Positions 28,546 to 37,518 of a stretch of 41,768 nt of DNA are shown here, one piece after another. The stretch's first letter is position 1. Each line of letters begins with the position of its first letter. The stretch comes from a virus (Duplodnaviria > Caudoviricetes): IMG/VR virus record IMGVR_UViG_3300011443_000026, positions 1 to 41,768 of that record; one strand, written 5' to 3'. Below the pieces are notes generated by a model. It saw only the letters and a list, made by a program, of their open reading frames with translations. It had not been told where the DNA came from and searched no databases. A program made the position numbers and the translations under genes.

Positions 28546-30025
28546 GCAAGCCCCCTTTTTTGCCGGGCTGCCCCCACGCAAGCCGCCCAAAAAGCCCTTT
28601 TAGCTGCAAGCTAAAACCCAACTATTTTATTATGTAAACCATACCAAAAAGCCCAAAAAGCAAGCCGCCAAGCCCTATATAGGTTGCAATAGTACCCTAG
28701 TACCAAAAAGCCCTACAAAAGCCCTTGCAGCCCCCCAGCAAGCCCCAGCCGCCAAGCTGGGGGGCTTTTTGCTGGGGCTTGCCGGGCTTTTTTGCTGGGC
28801 TTGCCGGGGCAGCCGCCCAGCCCCCCACAAAGCCCCCCAGCCAAAGCCCGGCTTGGCTGCCCAAGCCCAAAGCAAGCCCCCAAGCCGGGCTTTGCTTTGG
28901 CGGCCCGGCTGCCCCCCGGCAAGCCGCCCAGCCCCAGCCCCCAAGTAAAGCAAGCTGGGGCCAAGATTTTTTATGTAAAGTGCTTGCAAATTGCAAGTAA
29001 ACTATGGGGCTTGCCGGGCCGCAAAGCTGCCCAGCAAAGCCCCCCACAAAAGCCCACACAAAAGCCCCCCACACAAAGCCCCCACACTATTGCAATACAG
29101 CGCAAGTGTAATTTGCATATATAGCCCATTGTGTTAGTATGTGCATAGTAGTATTGCACTTTAAGTAAAACGGGGGTTTGGCTGGGGGCAATTGCCCCCA
29201 TGCCCCAGCCCCCCAGCCCCAGCCCAGCTTTTGCCCATGCTTACTTATGGGGGGTTGCTGGGGCAAACTAGCCGCAAAGCCGCAAAGCTTTGTGTGGGGG
29301 GCTTGCCGGGCTTTTGCCGGGGCAGCCCCCACGTACCTTAAAAACAGCATATGCGCCAAAAAGCAATAAGTAAGCCAAGTACACAATGTAAACGTTAGGC
29401 TATAAACCAAAGCTTTGCCCCCCAGCCGGGGGGCTTGGGCTGGGGCATTAAACCCCCCATAATTTGCCCATACACTTTGCAAGCCCCCCTAGTTATAGGG
29501 CAGCAAGCAAGCGTATAAAGCTTTGCCAAGTAAGCCGTATAAAACCCCAAAGTAAGGTAAAGCCAAAGCCCCCCAGCCGGGGGGCAGCCGCCAAGCCGGG
29601 TTATACCTACGCAATAAAAGCCCATAGTGTAGTAAGCCACAGCAACACCGCTAAACGCACATACCGTAAAACCGGGGCAGCCCCAAAGCCCCCCGTATAA
29701 CCCGGCTGCCCGGCTTGCAAACATAACCCCCTAGTAAGGGGGGTATAGGGTAAAAAATTAGGCAACCCCCAAGTAAGGTATTTACAAGTACAACGTTAAA
29801 CCCAAAGTTGCAAGTATGGGCATATGTAATATGTTACAAAAGCGTATGGGCTGCCCCCACTTTGCCGGGGGTTTGCACATATAACCATAACCCCAGCATA
29901 AAGCCGGGCAGCCCCATGCGCCAAGCATTACATACACTTGCAAGCCCCCCAGCTTGCCCCCCGGCTGGGCTGGGGGCTTTGCAAGTGTATGCAATGGGCA
30001 TACCATAGTAAAGCAAGGTAAAAAC

Positions 30026-30286
30026 ATGCAAAAAGTAATAGTAAGTAAACGCAACCATTTGGCACATGGGGTTGTGTATACATGGGGCTGCAAGTATTAC
30101 TACACAATGGGCAAGCAAGCCTGGGCTTACCCCCCAAGCTTTGCCGGGCAGCCCGGCAAGCCAAGCCCCCAAGTAAAAAGCCGGGCATGTTATTGTGGGG
30201 GTTTTATTGCCATATATAAAGCCCACACAATAAGTTATTATGCCCCCCATGCTTTTAGCTGGGGGCTGCCCAGCCGGGGGGTATAA
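30026..30286 (+). CDS. Small basic protein lacking Asp/Glu (86 aa)
   Basis: Preceded by a double hairpin and AAGCAAGG RBS variant; stop abuts the next ATG (TAAATG). Confidence 0.55.
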   Translation: MQKVIVSKRNHLAHGVVYTWGCKYYYTMGKQAWAYPPSFAGQPGKPSPQVKSRACYCGGFIAIYKAHTISYYAPHAFSWGLPSRGV

Positions 30287-31216
30287 ATGCCCGGTTTAAC
30301 CCGGCAAGCTGGGGGCAAGCCCAAAAAGCTTACCCCAGCCCCAGCCTATAAACGCATACAAAGCATGGGGGCAAGCAAAGCCAAAAAAGCCAAAGCCCTT
30401 AATGCCCAAGCTTTTGCCCGGCTTGCTGCCCACAAAGCCCGGCTTTTAAGCCGGGGCATTGCCCCCAAAGTAGTTGCCAAAGCCAAGCCCCAGCACATAC
30501 GTAAATGGGCAAAAGCCCCCAAGCCCTTGCAGCCCATAAAGCTGCAAAAAGCCGCCCAAGTGTACTTGCAGTATACGCATATACAATGGTTTATGGGGGT
30601 TGCAAGGTATTACACAATGCCCGGCTTTACAGTGGGCTATTTGCAAGCTGTTAACCCAGCCCAGCAAACCATAACAGTGTATATACCAAAGCCCCCAGCC
30701 GGGCAGCCGGGGGGCAGCCATATTGCAAGCATAAACCCTAACGGCTTGCAGCATACCTATACAGTAATAAACCCAAGCCCGGCTGGGGCTTACTTGGGCA
30801 TACTGCAAGCCCTTGCCCAAGCCGCCAAAGCCAAAGCCGCCAAGCAAGCAAGCCGGGCAGCCGCCAAGCTGCAAGCCGCCCAAGCTGCCCTTGCGGCCCG
30901 GCAAGCAAAAGCCGCCACAAAAGCCGCCCAAGCTGCCCTTGCAGCCCAAGCCCAAGCCCTTGCCCAGCAAGCCAAAGCCCTTGCAGCCGGGGCAGCCGCA
31001 AAGCCGCCCAAGCCGCCCAAAGCAAAGCCCCCCAAGCAAGCCGGGGGGCAAAAGCCCAAGCCCAGCAAGCCGCCCAAGTACAAGCCCGGCTTGCAGCCCA
31101 AAAAGCCCAAAAAATTTGCCCCCAAAGCCGCCCAGCAAGCCGCCAAAGCCAAAGCTTTGCACAAAGCCGCCCATGCCCTTGCAGCTTTGCAGCAAGCCGC
31201 CCAAAGCCCCATATAA
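30287..31216 (+). CDS. Lys/Ala/Pro/Gln-rich basic protein lacking Asp/Glu (histone H1-like tails, central globular segment)
   Basis: 309 aa; GGGGGG RBS-like run; plausible non-repetitive central domain; followed by an intergenic hairpin element. Confidence 0.65.
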   Translation: MPGLTRQAGGKPKKLTPAPAYKRIQSMGASKAKKAKALNAQAFARLAAHKARLLSRGIAPKVVAKAKPQHIRKWAKAPKPLQPIKLQKAAQVYLQYTHIQWFMGVARYYTMPGFTVGYLQAVNPAQQTITVYIPKPPAGQPGGSHIASINPNGLQHTYTVINPSPAGAYLGILQALAQAAKAKAAKQASRAAAKLQAAQAALAARQAKAATKAAQAALAAQAQALAQQAKALAAGAAAKPPKPPKAKPPKQAGGQKPKPSKPPKYKPGLQPKKPKKFAPKAAQQAAKAKALHKAAHALAALQQAAQSPI

Positions 31217-31330
31217 GCCGCCCAAAGCCCCCCAGCAAGCCCAGCTTGCCGGGGGGCTGGGGCTGCCCATTATGCGTATTTTGGCGCATAACATACAACT
31301 TTACATAACCAAGAAAGGTTATAACGTACC

Positions 31331-31744
31331 ATGCAAACCCAAGCCACAACCCAAGCCCCAGCCGCCCAAACCCCAGCCACAAAAGCCCCCTACGCTAATA
31401 CAGCTTTGGGGCAATTTGCCGGGTATGCCCAAGCCCAAGCCCAAAAAGCCGCCCAGCAAGCTGCCCGGCTTGCAGCCGCCACGTATACACTGGTAAAGCC
31501 CAGCAAAGCCAACATAAGCCGCAATAAACCGGGCATAACCCAAGCCCAGCAAAACGTGGTAAACGCAAACCTTGCAGCAACCCTAATTTTGCAGCTTTAC
31601 CCCCTAGTTGCCCAAAGTGGGCTTACCCCAGCCCAGCAAGCCCAAGTAAGCCAACACTTGCTGCAAAGCGTTTATACCTTGCAGCAAGCCGCCCAAATTG
31701 CCCCAGCCAAGCAAGCCGTACAATTAGTGCTGCCCCCCAAGTAA
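31331..31744 (+). CDS. Gln/Ala-rich helical protein lacking Asp/Glu
   Basis: AAGAAAGG RBS shared with the early genes; followed by an intrinsic terminator. Confidence 0.75.
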   Translation: MQTQATTQAPAAQTPATKAPYANTALGQFAGYAQAQAQKAAQQAARLAAATYTLVKPSKANISRNKPGITQAQQNVVNANLAATLILQLYPLVAQSGLTPAQQAQVSQHLLQSVYTLQQAAQIAPAKQAVQLVLPPK

Positions 31745-31789
31745 GCCCCAGCAAGCCCCCCGTTTTACTTGGGCTTGCCCCCACACAAT

Positions 31790-31820
31790 GCCCCAGCCCC
31801 CCGGCTGGGGCTTTTTTTTT
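31790..31820 (+). terminator. Rho-independent terminator
   Basis: GCCCCAGCC-CCCC-GGCTGGGGC followed by T9. Confidence 0.85.
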
Positions 31821-32390
31821 GCCCAGCCGGGCAGCAAGCAAATTGCTGCCCCCCGGCTGGGCAGCAACCCAAGCCCGGCAAGCAAGCCGGGCAGCAAACC
31901 CCAGCAAGCCGGGCAGCCCACAAAGCCCCCCGGCTTGCCCAGCAACTTTACATAATAAATCTTAACCCCAGCTGGGTTAAACCCCCCAGCAAGCCCCCCG
32001 GCAAAGCCGGGCAGCAAAGCCCAGCCCCCAAGCCGGGCAGCAAAGCCCCCAGCCCTTACAATGGGCTTGCCGGGCTTTGCCCCAGCTTGCCGGGCAGCAA
32101 GCCGCCCAAGCCCAGCCCCCCGGCAAAGCAAGCCGCCCAAGCCGCCCACAATGGGCAGCCGGGCAGCCCAGCCCCAGCAAGCCCAGCCGGGCAGCCGCAA
32201 AGCTGCCCCCAGCCGGGCAGCAAGGGCAGCCGGGCAAGGGCAGCCCCCACAATGGGCAGCCCCAGCAAGCCGGGGGGCAGCCGCCCAGCAAGCCGGGCAG
32301 CAAGGGCAGCCCAGCCCCCACAATGGGCAGCCGCCCAGCCGGGCAAGGGCAAGCCGCCCAAGCCGGGCAGCCGCCCAAGCCGGGCAGCAA
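31821..32390. repeat. Degenerate low-complexity repeats (AGCCGGGCAGC, CAAGCC, CCCACAATGGGCAGCC)
   Basis: Many AGCCGGGCA copies; CCCACAATGGGCAGCC three times near 32145, 32246 and 32317. Confidence 0.8.
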
Positions 32391-32498
32391 CGCAAAAAAG
32401 ATTGTATAGCAGTTTTTGTAAAACAAATCTCGGCACAGTTTTTGCAAAACAAATCTCGTAACCAGTTTTACACCACACGATCTGAAAGGCAACACAAA

Positions 32499-32726
32499 GT
32501 GAAAATCAAAAAAGCTGTGCCGGGTACAAAAGTAAATACAAGATTCCACGGCGCAAAAGTGCAAGGTGAAATCTCGTACCTGTACCCGGTACAAAAAGAT
32601 TACAGGCATACAATGGTAGAATTAGAAATTGTGTACCAAAACACAATCTTTAGTGTAAGCCGCTACCTGTACGAAATTACAGCCGTACCAAAGCCAAAAA
32701 CAGAAATCTCGCCAGCCAAGCAATAG
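32499..32726 (+). CDS. Hypothetical early protein (75 aa)
   Basis: GAAAGG RBS then GTG; this is the non-repetitive C-terminal part of ORF 32061-32726. Confidence 0.6.
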   Translation: MKIKKAVPGTKVNTRFHGAKVQGEISYLYPVQKDYRHTMVELEIVYQNTIFSVSRYLYEITAVPKPKTEISPAKQ

Positions 32727-32822
32727 GCAAACGAGGCGGCACAAACAAGAACAATGTTTGGGCCGCACCGTTTACCAGATTGTGGTAAAATAAACCAACA
32801 CAAAGTTCAGAAAGGCTTTACC

Positions 32823-33053
32823 ATGCAACAAGAAAAAGTGCAACTGCGTATCATATTTCCCCCATGTGGCGCACAGCACCACCCGGCATTTTCAGATGCA
32901 ATTATGCTACCAGATGGTAACTATCGTTTAGATTACCCGCTGCACATAAAAGGTATTCTGAAATCTCGCAAAGTGCAAGAAGAATGGGCTTTGCAAAAAG
33001 CCAAGCACATCCGAAGCTGGGGTGGCGGCATTTCAGTTCTGATAGTAGGCTAG
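32823..33053 (+). CDS. Hypothetical early protein
   Basis: ATG after TTCAGAAAGG. Confidence 0.65.
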   Translation: MQQEKVQLRIIFPPCGAQHHPAFSDAIMLPDGNYRLDYPLHIKGILKSRKVQEEWALQKAKHIRSWGGGISVLIVG

Positions 33054-33165
33054 GCTTGTAGGCAAACTAGATTGTAGGGTACAGTTTTGCACCTTACAAT
33101 CTGGTTTACGGGCAAGCGTGCCAGTAAAAGAAAAAGAAAAACACAAGTTCAGAAAGGCTTACAAA

Positions 33166-33648
33166 ATGTTTATGGATTGTTGGGTTGCCACCGATGGAAT
33201 TACAACCGTACGGTTTGCAGATTGGCAAAGCGCAGAAATATACTGCGCTGAAACAGGATGGCCCAAAGCCGATCTGCTGTATGTACGGCAGCAAGTAACC
33301 GTTGGATCGGATGGCAGCGTAACGCTAGAACCCTGGTGCAATCGGATGGACCCCAATGTAGATTGCGAAGTAGAAGGTACATGGCAAGAAAGTTTGTACC
33401 TGCCACCAGCGCAAAGCATGATTGATGGGTACAGCGAAGATGACCAGCCTGTAACCTACAACAATCCGAAATATTTGCAGCAACTAGGCAGTATTTCGGA
33501 AAGGTTGGGCTGGCCGTTTAGAGACCTAGCTGCAACAGAACCCACTATTTACCACAATCTTGTGGCCTACGTGCAAGAATGCGATGCACAGCACAAGAAG
33601 CCCCTGCTAAAGGAAGCGGAAAAAATTGTGGGTAGGTACGCCAACTAA
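33166..33648 (+). CDS. Hypothetical early protein
   Basis: ATG after TTCAGAAAGG. Confidence 0.7.
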   Translation: MFMDCWVATDGITTVRFADWQSAEIYCAETGWPKADLLYVRQQVTVGSDGSVTLEPWCNRMDPNVDCEVEGTWQESLYLPPAQSMIDGYSEDDQPVTYNNPKYLQQLGSISERLGWPFRDLAATEPTIYHNLVAYVQECDAQHKKPLLKEAEKIVGRYAN

Positions 33649-33762
33649 TCTTGTAGGCAAAGGGTACGGCACACATAACAATCTGATGTGTGTGCCGTTA
33701 CCTTTACATACAATCTAGTATGGTAAAATAAGTACAACCAAATGGTCAGAAAGGCCAACCCC

Positions 33763-33978
33763 ATGAACCAGAAAATCTTGGCGCAAGCCACAGCGCAAGC
33801 GCAACAATCGGAAGACCTACAGGTAACAGTTGAAAGATTGTTAGCCTTAAACCCATCTTTCGACTTGTATTACTTTTCCGAATGGTTTGCCGCCCAAAAC
33901 GGTTACAATCCATCGGAATGGCAAATACAAGAACAGTTGCAATGGCATATAGAAGAATACCTACAGCCTAGTTTGTAG
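33763..33978 (+). CDS. Hypothetical early protein
   Basis: ATG after TCAGAAAGG. Confidence 0.65.
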   Translation: MNQKILAQATAQAQQSEDLQVTVERLLALNPSFDLYYFSEWFAAQNGYNPSEWQIQEQLQWHIEEYLQPSL

Positions 33979-34072
33979 GCAAACCAGATTGCATAGCAGT
34001 TTTTAGCTTTGCAATCTCGTTTACTTACAATCTCGTAAGTAACATAACCAAAGTTCAGAAAGGCTTACAAAA

Positions 34073-34381
34073 ATGTTTCGCATTCAGTATGTAGTAAATG
34101 CCCCTATAATTCCAGATATATCTGATCTGCCAGCTTGGTTTGCATCGGATGAGGGGCAAGCAGCAAATCCAGTGGTGCAATATACAGAAAATATTTCTGA
34201 AGCACTTACAATTTCTGCTGCCCTAATCTCTAAATACGATTATGGTATTTCACCCAACGGCAACAATCTGGGTACTATACATCTGGTAATAGAGTGGGTT
34301 GAATTAGAAGATAATGAATACGATGGCTATGCCCCCTATCTTCACTTTGTATGGTATACAGAAATAGGATTAGAGCAATAA
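34073..34381 (+). CDS. Hypothetical acidic early protein
   Basis: ATG after TTCAGAAAGG. Confidence 0.7.
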   Translation: MFRIQYVVNAPIIPDISDLPAWFASDEGQAANPVVQYTENISEALTISAALISKYDYGISPNGNNLGTIHLVIEWVELEDNEYDGYAPYLHFVWYTEIGLEQ

Positions 34382-34493
34382 AGATTGCCAGCAAAGGGTA
34401 CGGCCCACCAATCAGAAGCATGGTTGGGCCGTTACCTTTACTTACAATCTGGTAAGTAATAACAAGAAGTACAAGTTCAGAAAGGACTTACAA

Positions 34494-34925
34494 ATGCGAG
34501 CCACAACATGGGATGAGCTGGCTAAAGAGATTCACGAAGTTAACCCTGGCTTTACGGGATGGGACTTTATTGAAACTTGCCGCCATATGGCGCAAGAAAA
34601 TTCTGAACCCGCACCCACACTAGAGCAAGTATGGTTACACTTTTTAGAGAATCGACTAGACCGCCAAGCCGATGGGATGGATGTGGGGCATTACATGGTA
34701 CAGTACACCACAGGAGATTCGGAAGAGCTAGAGTCCGACTACTACAATGAACTGCAACATGCAATTGTTCGGACGCTGCAACTGGCAAAAGAACACCAAC
34801 ACCCAGAATTTAACCTGTGGATCACGTATTGCGCTTACCCAAATGGTGATCTGACTACCGTAGGTAACTACGATCATCAAACCGGGTTTAACTTTGTAGA
34901 GGAGAAGCTACAAACCGATTACTAG
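34494..34925 (+). CDS. Hypothetical acidic early protein
   Basis: ATG after TTCAGAAAGGA. Confidence 0.7.
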   Translation: MRATTWDELAKEIHEVNPGFTGWDFIETCRHMAQENSEPAPTLEQVWLHFLENRLDRQADGMDVGHYMVQYTTGDSEELESDYYNELQHAIVRTLQLAKEHQHPEFNLWITYCAYPNGDLTTVGNYDHQTGFNFVEEKLQTDY

Positions 34926-35018
34926 GCAAAAAGTACGGCACACCACATGATTGTTGTGCCGTACCTTTTACCTATAATCCGAGGTAAAACCAACCCAAAG
35001 TTCAGAAAGGCTTTAACA

Positions 35019-35324
35019 ATGACCAGTCCGAAGACGCAACGTGCGTTAGTTCTCGTACCCCGCTTAGAAGAAAAAGATTTTGTACATGGGGATGGGGATA
35101 TGGGTTTTGCCATACATCCGATGGCTGGCTATGGTACAATCATAGTTAACTTGGATGGATGGGATTGCCACTTACAGTTCTTGCGATCAGACGGCATGGG
35201 TAGCTATCAAGTTTACGAATACGTAAACGAAGAAGAAGAGATTGTCTGCTACCTAACCAATCCGCAAGAATTTGCTACCGTAACGCCAGTAGATGATAGC
35301 TACTACCACATGACTGGAAGCTAA
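35019..35324 (+). CDS. Hypothetical acidic early protein
   Basis: ATG after TTCAGAAAGG. Confidence 0.65.
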   Translation: MTSPKTQRALVLVPRLEEKDFVHGDGDMGFAIHPMAGYGTIIVNLDGWDCHLQFLRSDGMGSYQVYEYVNEEEEIVCYLTNPQEFATVTPVDDSYYHMTGS

Positions 35325-35433
35325 ACCCCGCCCAACCCGATGTAAGCAAACCAAGCCGCACAGGAATGTGCGGCCAGGTTTACAGATATCGGATCTGTAA
35401 CAAAATACTATCTCAAGAAAGGGATAAAATGAA

Positions 35434-35664
35434 ATGAAGTACATATTACTAGAGCGCAAAAACTCGGAAGCTCCACGCCCGATAGAATTTGGCGCACATG
35501 ACCGCTTACGCACATTTCAGATGGGCTATAAGCAAGCGTTGATGAGCCAGGGTTGGAAGAGCTTTGCCACCTACCATAAGGATTATTACAATCTGGTAGA
35601 TGGTAACGGCCAACACATCCAGTTGTATATTCTGACCGAGCAAGAATGGAAAGACGAGGAGTAA
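35434..35664 (+). CDS. Hypothetical protein
   Basis: CAAGAAAGGG RBS. Confidence 0.65.
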   Translation: MKYILLERKNSEAPRPIEFGAHDRLRTFQMGYKQALMSQGWKSFATYHKDYYNLVDGNGQHIQLYILTEQEWKDEE

Positions 35665-35665
35665 C

Positions 35666-35947
35666 ATGCACTATGTAATGTACAAAGAAGCTGACGGCAA
35701 CAGTGATCCGGAAGTGTTGTTTGCAGGATCACGAGACAAGGCAATCGGTTACTACCAGGGTTTTGTGGATGCAATCCAAAGAATGGGCAACCATACACCA
35801 GATTTTCGGATGGTAAAAGACCCAGATATTGATTTACGGATCGCCCGTATACACTTCTATCGTAACGATAATCCAGGTTATGCTTTCAACTTATGGATTA
35901 AGAATTTACAACTTCCTCACGCTTACAACTACAAACATAAGGAATAG
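35666..35947 (+). CDS. Hypothetical protein
   Basis: GAGGAG RBS; coupled to the previous gene. Confidence 0.65.
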   Translation: MHYVMYKEADGNSDPEVLFAGSRDKAIGYYQGFVDAIQRMGNHTPDFRMVKDPDIDLRIARIHFYRNDNPGYAFNLWIKNLQLPHAYNYKHKE

Positions 35948-35955
35948 GAAATAAT

Positions 35956-36126
35956 ATGCTATATCAGCTCGTTGCTTGGCTAACCAGCACGCCAATCTGC
36001 TCGGAAAATGTGTTTAGTCTTCTCAACTTTAAGGAGAACTGTATGCTACCCATCGTTCCATGGGAATTTGCTGTACTGGCAATCATCGTTATCTTGTGCT
36101 TAACGTTGGGCCGGAAAAGAGTTTAG
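35956..36126 (+). CDS. Small membrane protein (start may be internal ATG 36043)
   Basis: ...MLPIVPWEFAVLAIIVILCLTLGRKRV; AAGGAG before the second ATG. Confidence 0.4.
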   Translation: MLYQLVAWLTSTPICSENVFSLLNFKENCMLPIVPWEFAVLAIIVILCLTLGRKRV

Positions 36127-36217
36127 GCGCAAACCAGATGCTATCATCCAATGGTAGCATTTGGTGTGCGAATAGACGCACAATAATCTAATTTAGGTTT
36201 CAAGAAAGGAACCAAAC

Positions 36218-36715
36218 ATGAACGCCATTACCAACACGATCAAGTTCCCTCGCTTTAAGAAGGATGGAATTATCGCAACTGCTGTTAAGAACCATGAAGA
36301 TTATATGGTTCGGCAGAAGGTGCGGTTCTCCTTCATCAAGCAAGCGGCACGCTTAATCGACGAGACTTGGTTGCCTGAAGACAGCCGCTTCTATGTGGAA
36401 AGCTACGGCATGACCATCTACATCCCCTGGTCACGCACAAATCTCATAGCGGCACGCAAGGCGATCGGTAGTGGGTGGAAGTTCGATAGTCAGTACAAGT
36501 CGGATAACGGTACACTGACCAAGAACTACCACCGCTACATCGAATCAGAGTACATCAGCCTGACCCTGGTGATGGATGCTGAGAAGTTGGTTGAAGGAGC
36601 TTGCAAGCGCATCTTGGTGGAAGAGAAGACCGAGATGGTGCAGGTCACACGATCCACCTACAAGGTCATCTGTGAAGATGGCACAGAAATGATGGAAGTG
36701 GAACGGGAAAGCTAA
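36218..36715 (+). CDS. Hypothetical protein
   Basis: TTCAAGAAAGGA RBS; 165 aa. Confidence 0.75.
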   Translation: MNAITNTIKFPRFKKDGIIATAVKNHEDYMVRQKVRFSFIKQAARLIDETWLPEDSRFYVESYGMTIYIPWSRTNLIAARKAIGSGWKFDSQYKSDNGTLTKNYHRYIESEYISLTLVMDAEKLVEGACKRILVEEKTEMVQVTRSTYKVICEDGTEMMEVERES

Positions 36716-36819
36716 GTCAGAGTGCAGCGGCAAGAGCAATCTTGCCGCTGTAATGCACCCCTCATGTGAGGGCAGGTCACAAGTCCTGTTTGCATTGTTT
36801 CCAGAAAGGAACGCTATGT

Positions 36820-37101
36820 ATGTTACGAAACTGTTCTGCTGATACCCTATTTGGTAGAGCGGATGATAAGCTAACTAGAATTTCCAGTATCTTGCGACAA
36901 CTTGCGAAAGAACAGCAAGAATACTGGGAAGAAGCTAGACTCATTGGCGCACCAGGGGAATGCTGGAATTTAATCCAGCGCAGATATGACAGTACGCTAA
37001 AGGTGATGTTTGATATATGGGGCATGGATGAAACCGAATACCTTGCTGCCGTAAGGCAACGCACCAGTGAACGATGGGTCTATTATAATTTACCATTCTA
37101 G
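36820..37101 (+). CDS. Hypothetical protein
   Basis: CCAGAAAGGA RBS; start uncertain. Confidence 0.55.
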   Translation: MLRNCSADTLFGRADDKLTRISSILRQLAKEQQEYWEEARLIGAPGECWNLIQRRYDSTLKVMFDIWGMDETEYLAAVRQRTSERWVYYNLPF

Positions 37102-37115
37102 GATCAGGAGATCTC

Positions 37116-37391
37116 ATGAACGAAGAACAAGATAGGTTGGAATTTGAGGAACTGCAAAAGGTAGCTCGGCAAGAATATGAAAACAATATTCTCAAGAATC
37201 TACGGGATGCAGTAGCAGATGCCTATGTGCCTCTCTTCCCACCCCATCAACCGACCAACGTAAGCTGGAAAGTAGAACGCTTACTCTCATATTTAAGCCT
37301 AGCAATCACCCTTCATTTGGACGACTTTGAAGAGGGTTGGTGGGAAGAAAATGAGTTGATGGAAGAATACGATAACCTGTTCATCGGTTAG
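37116..37391 (+). CDS. Hypothetical acidic protein
   Basis: AGGAG RBS. Confidence 0.65.
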   Translation: MNEEQDRLEFEELQKVARQEYENNILKNLRDAVADAYVPLFPPHQPTNVSWKVERLLSYLSLAITLHLDDFEEGWWEENELMEEYDNLFIG

Positions 37392-37518
37392 CAGAGTCCG
37401 GCAGCACATCCTAAAAGATGTGTTTGCCGTAATGCAGGTTTCGTGGTACAATGAGTCCACGAGACAAGGTGACAACTCCTTAAGAAGCATAGTCTATAGT
37501 TTCAAGAAAGGAACTGCA

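Larger units (their letters stand above)
27778..32399. other. GA/TC-dinucleotide-free block
   Basis: By-eye scan finds GA/TC only at 28965, 31313 and 31960. ORF-track translations lying in the block lack D/E except one D at the 28965 site. Confidence 0.95.

Noticed and set aside
31821-32390. Possible CRISPR array
   Set aside because: Repeats are short, degenerate and irregular, with no unique constant-length spacers and no cas genes.
27778-32399. Block as foreign or artefactual sequence
   Set aside because: It shares the RBS and double-hairpin design of the downstream genes and grades smoothly into them. Read support is still needed.
27780-32480. Many long overlapping ORFs on both strands in the GA-free block
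   Set aside because: Without TGA/TCA and with high GC, open frames lengthen by chance. Only three plus-strand ORFs have RBS, hairpin or terminator support; 29464-29700 stays uncertain.
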